From the NCBI GenBank assembly GCA_010909165.1, contig VJWM01000222.1:62001-126000 (forward strand): a stretch of 64,000 bases of DNA. Direction: 5' to 3'. Origin of the DNA: Anthoceros angustus (Eukaryota > Plantae > Anthocerotophyta). Below are positions 61,621-64,000 of this stretch, piece by piece. The notes under the pieces were generated by a model. The model saw only the letters and a program-made list of their open reading frames with translations. It was not told the origin of the DNA and searched no databases. A program made the translations under genes and the position numbers. Numbering within the stretch: the stretch's first letter is position 1; each line of letters starts with the position of its first letter.

Positions 61621-63329
61621 TGGCGAAAACCCGGGGCTTCGAGTTTTTCCCCTCTGGCGGCCACTTATCCTTGTCATAAACCGTCACGTTGGGTTTAGTC
61701 ATGAGACTCGTGTGAAAATTTGAGGTCTGTGATGGCAGGTAGCTACACGTAGTGACACAACTTCTCAACCTTCTAAGCGAGCAAAGGCGCCCTCTGCTCA
61801 CCTCTTACGGGCTGCCGCACTTCTTGCTCAGCCAATTCTCAACCTACAGCGACACAATTGCAAGTTACGCCTTAGCGACAAAGCCTACCACGGGCGCCGG
61901 GGACCCCACGATCCGCACGCCAATTTGTCCCTACTCCTAAGACCAATCTCCTCCACTCAAAGTGCCCTCTTCACTTGCGGTTGGGATTGCGTCCCTTAGG
62001 CTCACGGTGGCCTTCCACTAACACCTACACTTCTAATCCTCTACTCATCTCCTCATCCTCTTCCTCCTATTCTAACCTCGATTCGGGCTTCCGAGGCTTG
62101 ACTCGCCCTTAGCAACTGTGACTGAGGGTCCGCCTCCACAAGTTCTTCCTCCGGACAGCTCTCTCCTCTGTTTGAGCCAACCTTCCCTCAAGACCTTTTC
62201 CGCTCTTATTTGGTCTATAAGATCCGCTGGGCTTCTCCTGACCTTCTCCAACTTGGCTGCCTTCTCATCGGACTCCATGGCTTCCGATTTGCCACTTGGT
62301 CCTGCCTCCTCTCGATCATCTCTTGGGCCTTGACTTCCCTCACGACATGCCCACAGGAGGCTGTAGTTCCCTAGCCTTCAAGTCCTGGTGAGTGCTTCAC
62401 AAGCACTCGGCAAATCTCATAAGGGGCCCAAATTCCGCCCCTGGTGGCCTCTTGCTGGAAATTTCCAGCCTTTCCCACCTCCTCGAGGCCATGTGGCGCG
62501 GGCGTGAGCCCTCACCTTGTCGCCCCATCCGCTCTCCCACCAGTAGCGGGTGATGGCGGCTGGCGCCGCGGCGCCCTCATGTTCTCTCCTTCCCTTCCCT
62601 ACAGCCAGGCACCCCTCGGCGTGGGGTGCCCGCGATGGGCTGCTCCCCTACCCATGGTAGTCGCCTGCCTACCATGGTAGGCTGGCGCCTATGATAGCCC
62701 TACCCAGGTGAGGTGCCTCCCCAGGGGTGCCTCTTCCCTAGGCACCCATGAGATGGTGAACTCCTCCCACCTTTGGGTATCACCCCTCACATGGTAGCCC
62801 TCCTCTCATGGACTACCATCCGGCCCTCCTCGGGGACCTTGCCTCTCCTTCCCTTGCTCTTGTGGGGGAAAGGCCACCCATTCAAGCAACCTCGTTGCCT
62901 CTACTTCTCGCCCTTGGCCTGGCGCTTGTGGAGTGTCTGGTCTCCCGCGTCTTCCTCAGCGAAGGCGAGGCCTCTCTAAGCTTGGCGGGGTGAATTATTT
63001 CGAAGGATGCCAAGCATCCTCCACTCCTTCTTTGGTGAGAGCCTCGGTCTCCACAAATGCACCAAATAGGTCTTTGAGATATGAGGGCCTTGGCCTTCCT
63101 CATCCACAATTTGGCCTAAGGAGCTTCTCCACATGATGGATGTGAGCCTCATACATGATGGTGCCCCAATCAAACTTGGCTCCTCTGAAATCTTCCACAA
63201 AATTGAAGGAAGTTAGTGCGAAATAAAGTCCGTGGCTCCATTTTGTTAATTGGTCTTGTAGAAAACAAGCAGCCATATCACTTTCATCAATAGAATCAAA
63301 GTACAAGGCTCTCCTTTGAAGCCACAAAG

Positions 63330-64000
63330 AGGTGAATGGGAAAGGAAGCTATGTGAGGATACAGGTATGGCCAGGAAGGGCCAACAATATGGCTGATAAT
63401 ATGTCGACCAATTGCTTTGGTTGCAAACCCATGTTCCATGCATCTGAAACACATAGAGATTCAACATCACTATATTCGTGATGTAGAAAGGGGATAGTAA
63501 AATGGTATGTACCAGCAGAGCGACAACCAGGATGTCTTTGACTAAATCCTAAGTTTAAACAACCTTCCACGAGAAGGGCTTGGATTAGTAGTATAGTACT
63601 TTATGGCCTAGAAGTTCAATATCACTATATTCGTGATGATGTAGAAAGGGGATAGTAAGGTATAGTATATACCAGCAGGCGACAACACATGTCTTTGACT
63701 AAATCCTTACTAAGTTTAAACACTTCCACAGAAAAGCTTGGATTAGTCTATTGTAGTAGCTTTATGGCCAGACAAGTCACTCATATGGTGAGGCTTATCA
63801 TCTTTTGTTCCATCACTTGAAGGAAGTGAGTTGCTCCTCCTCACTGGATACCCAACAAGAAAGCGATCACGTGAGAATGGGTTGAGCCCCATATCAGTGA
63901 TTGACTTGAAGGCAGTGCTAATGTTTCGAGACTTACATGTTTGGATGTTAGGCGGATCCACCGTCGTACTTTGAAGCCACGAATGGCCGTGATGGCAAGC
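63330..64000 (+). pseudogene. Copia RNase H/linker remnant, mirror of 12150-12800
   Basis: Reverse complement of 12150-12800 (ACTAAATCC...AAGTTTAAAC twice; GATAAGCC; TTTGGATGTTAGGCGGATCCACC). Confidence 0.7.

Larger units (their letters stand above)
45880..64000 (-). repeat. Right arm of a giant inverted duplication; the left arm is about 12150-31550
   Basis: Reverse-complement collinearity checked at several points: 63780-64000 vs 12150-12380, 54360-54590 vs 22960-23190, 51680-51740 vs 25720-25790, 45912-45950 vs 31484-31525. Nested junctions are shared. Confidence 0.88.

Noticed and set aside
1-64000. Any intact, expressible ORF, including an intact methyltransferase
   Set aside because: Every copy is broken by frameshifts in this sequence. 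Whether these are biological or sequencing errors cannot be decided here.

Overview
Eukaryotic repeat-only window, probably from a non-flowering plant or streptophyte alga (inferred from the element types). I see no host gene, rRNA, tRNA or CRISPR. It is a nested pile of LTR retrotransposons, all broken by dense small indels, so protein calls are motif-level reconstructions across frames. Four groups are recognisable. (1) Ty1/Copia remnants at 1-1.6 kb, 8.4-8.6 kb, 11.8-12.8 kb and 63.3-64 kb. (2) A complete chromodomain Ty3/Gypsy element at 1611-8428 (minus), with two LTRs, PBS, PPT and a probable TSD, plus a partial second copy at 44.4-45.9 kb. (3) An Athila/Phygy/Selgy-like Gypsy (FLDD RT, tRNA-Asp-type PBS) at 25.8-30.8 kb and 46.7-51.7 kb. 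(4) The main result: a Gypsy family with the domain order Gag (2 zinc knuckles) - repeat linker - aspartic protease - DNMT3-like C5-cytosine methyltransferase (motifs I, III, IV, VI, VIII, IX, X) - RT - RNase H - integrase - PHD finger. It is present as three long copies and two protease+methyltransferase fragments. About 12.15-31.55 kb is repeated in inverted orientation at about 45.9-64 kb, including the nested junctions; this is either a giant palindrome or a fold-back/assembly artefact. A 2.26-kb TIR element has inserted into the catalytic motif of one methyltransferase copy. Coordinates are read by eye: termini are good to a few bases, domains to about 50 bases.
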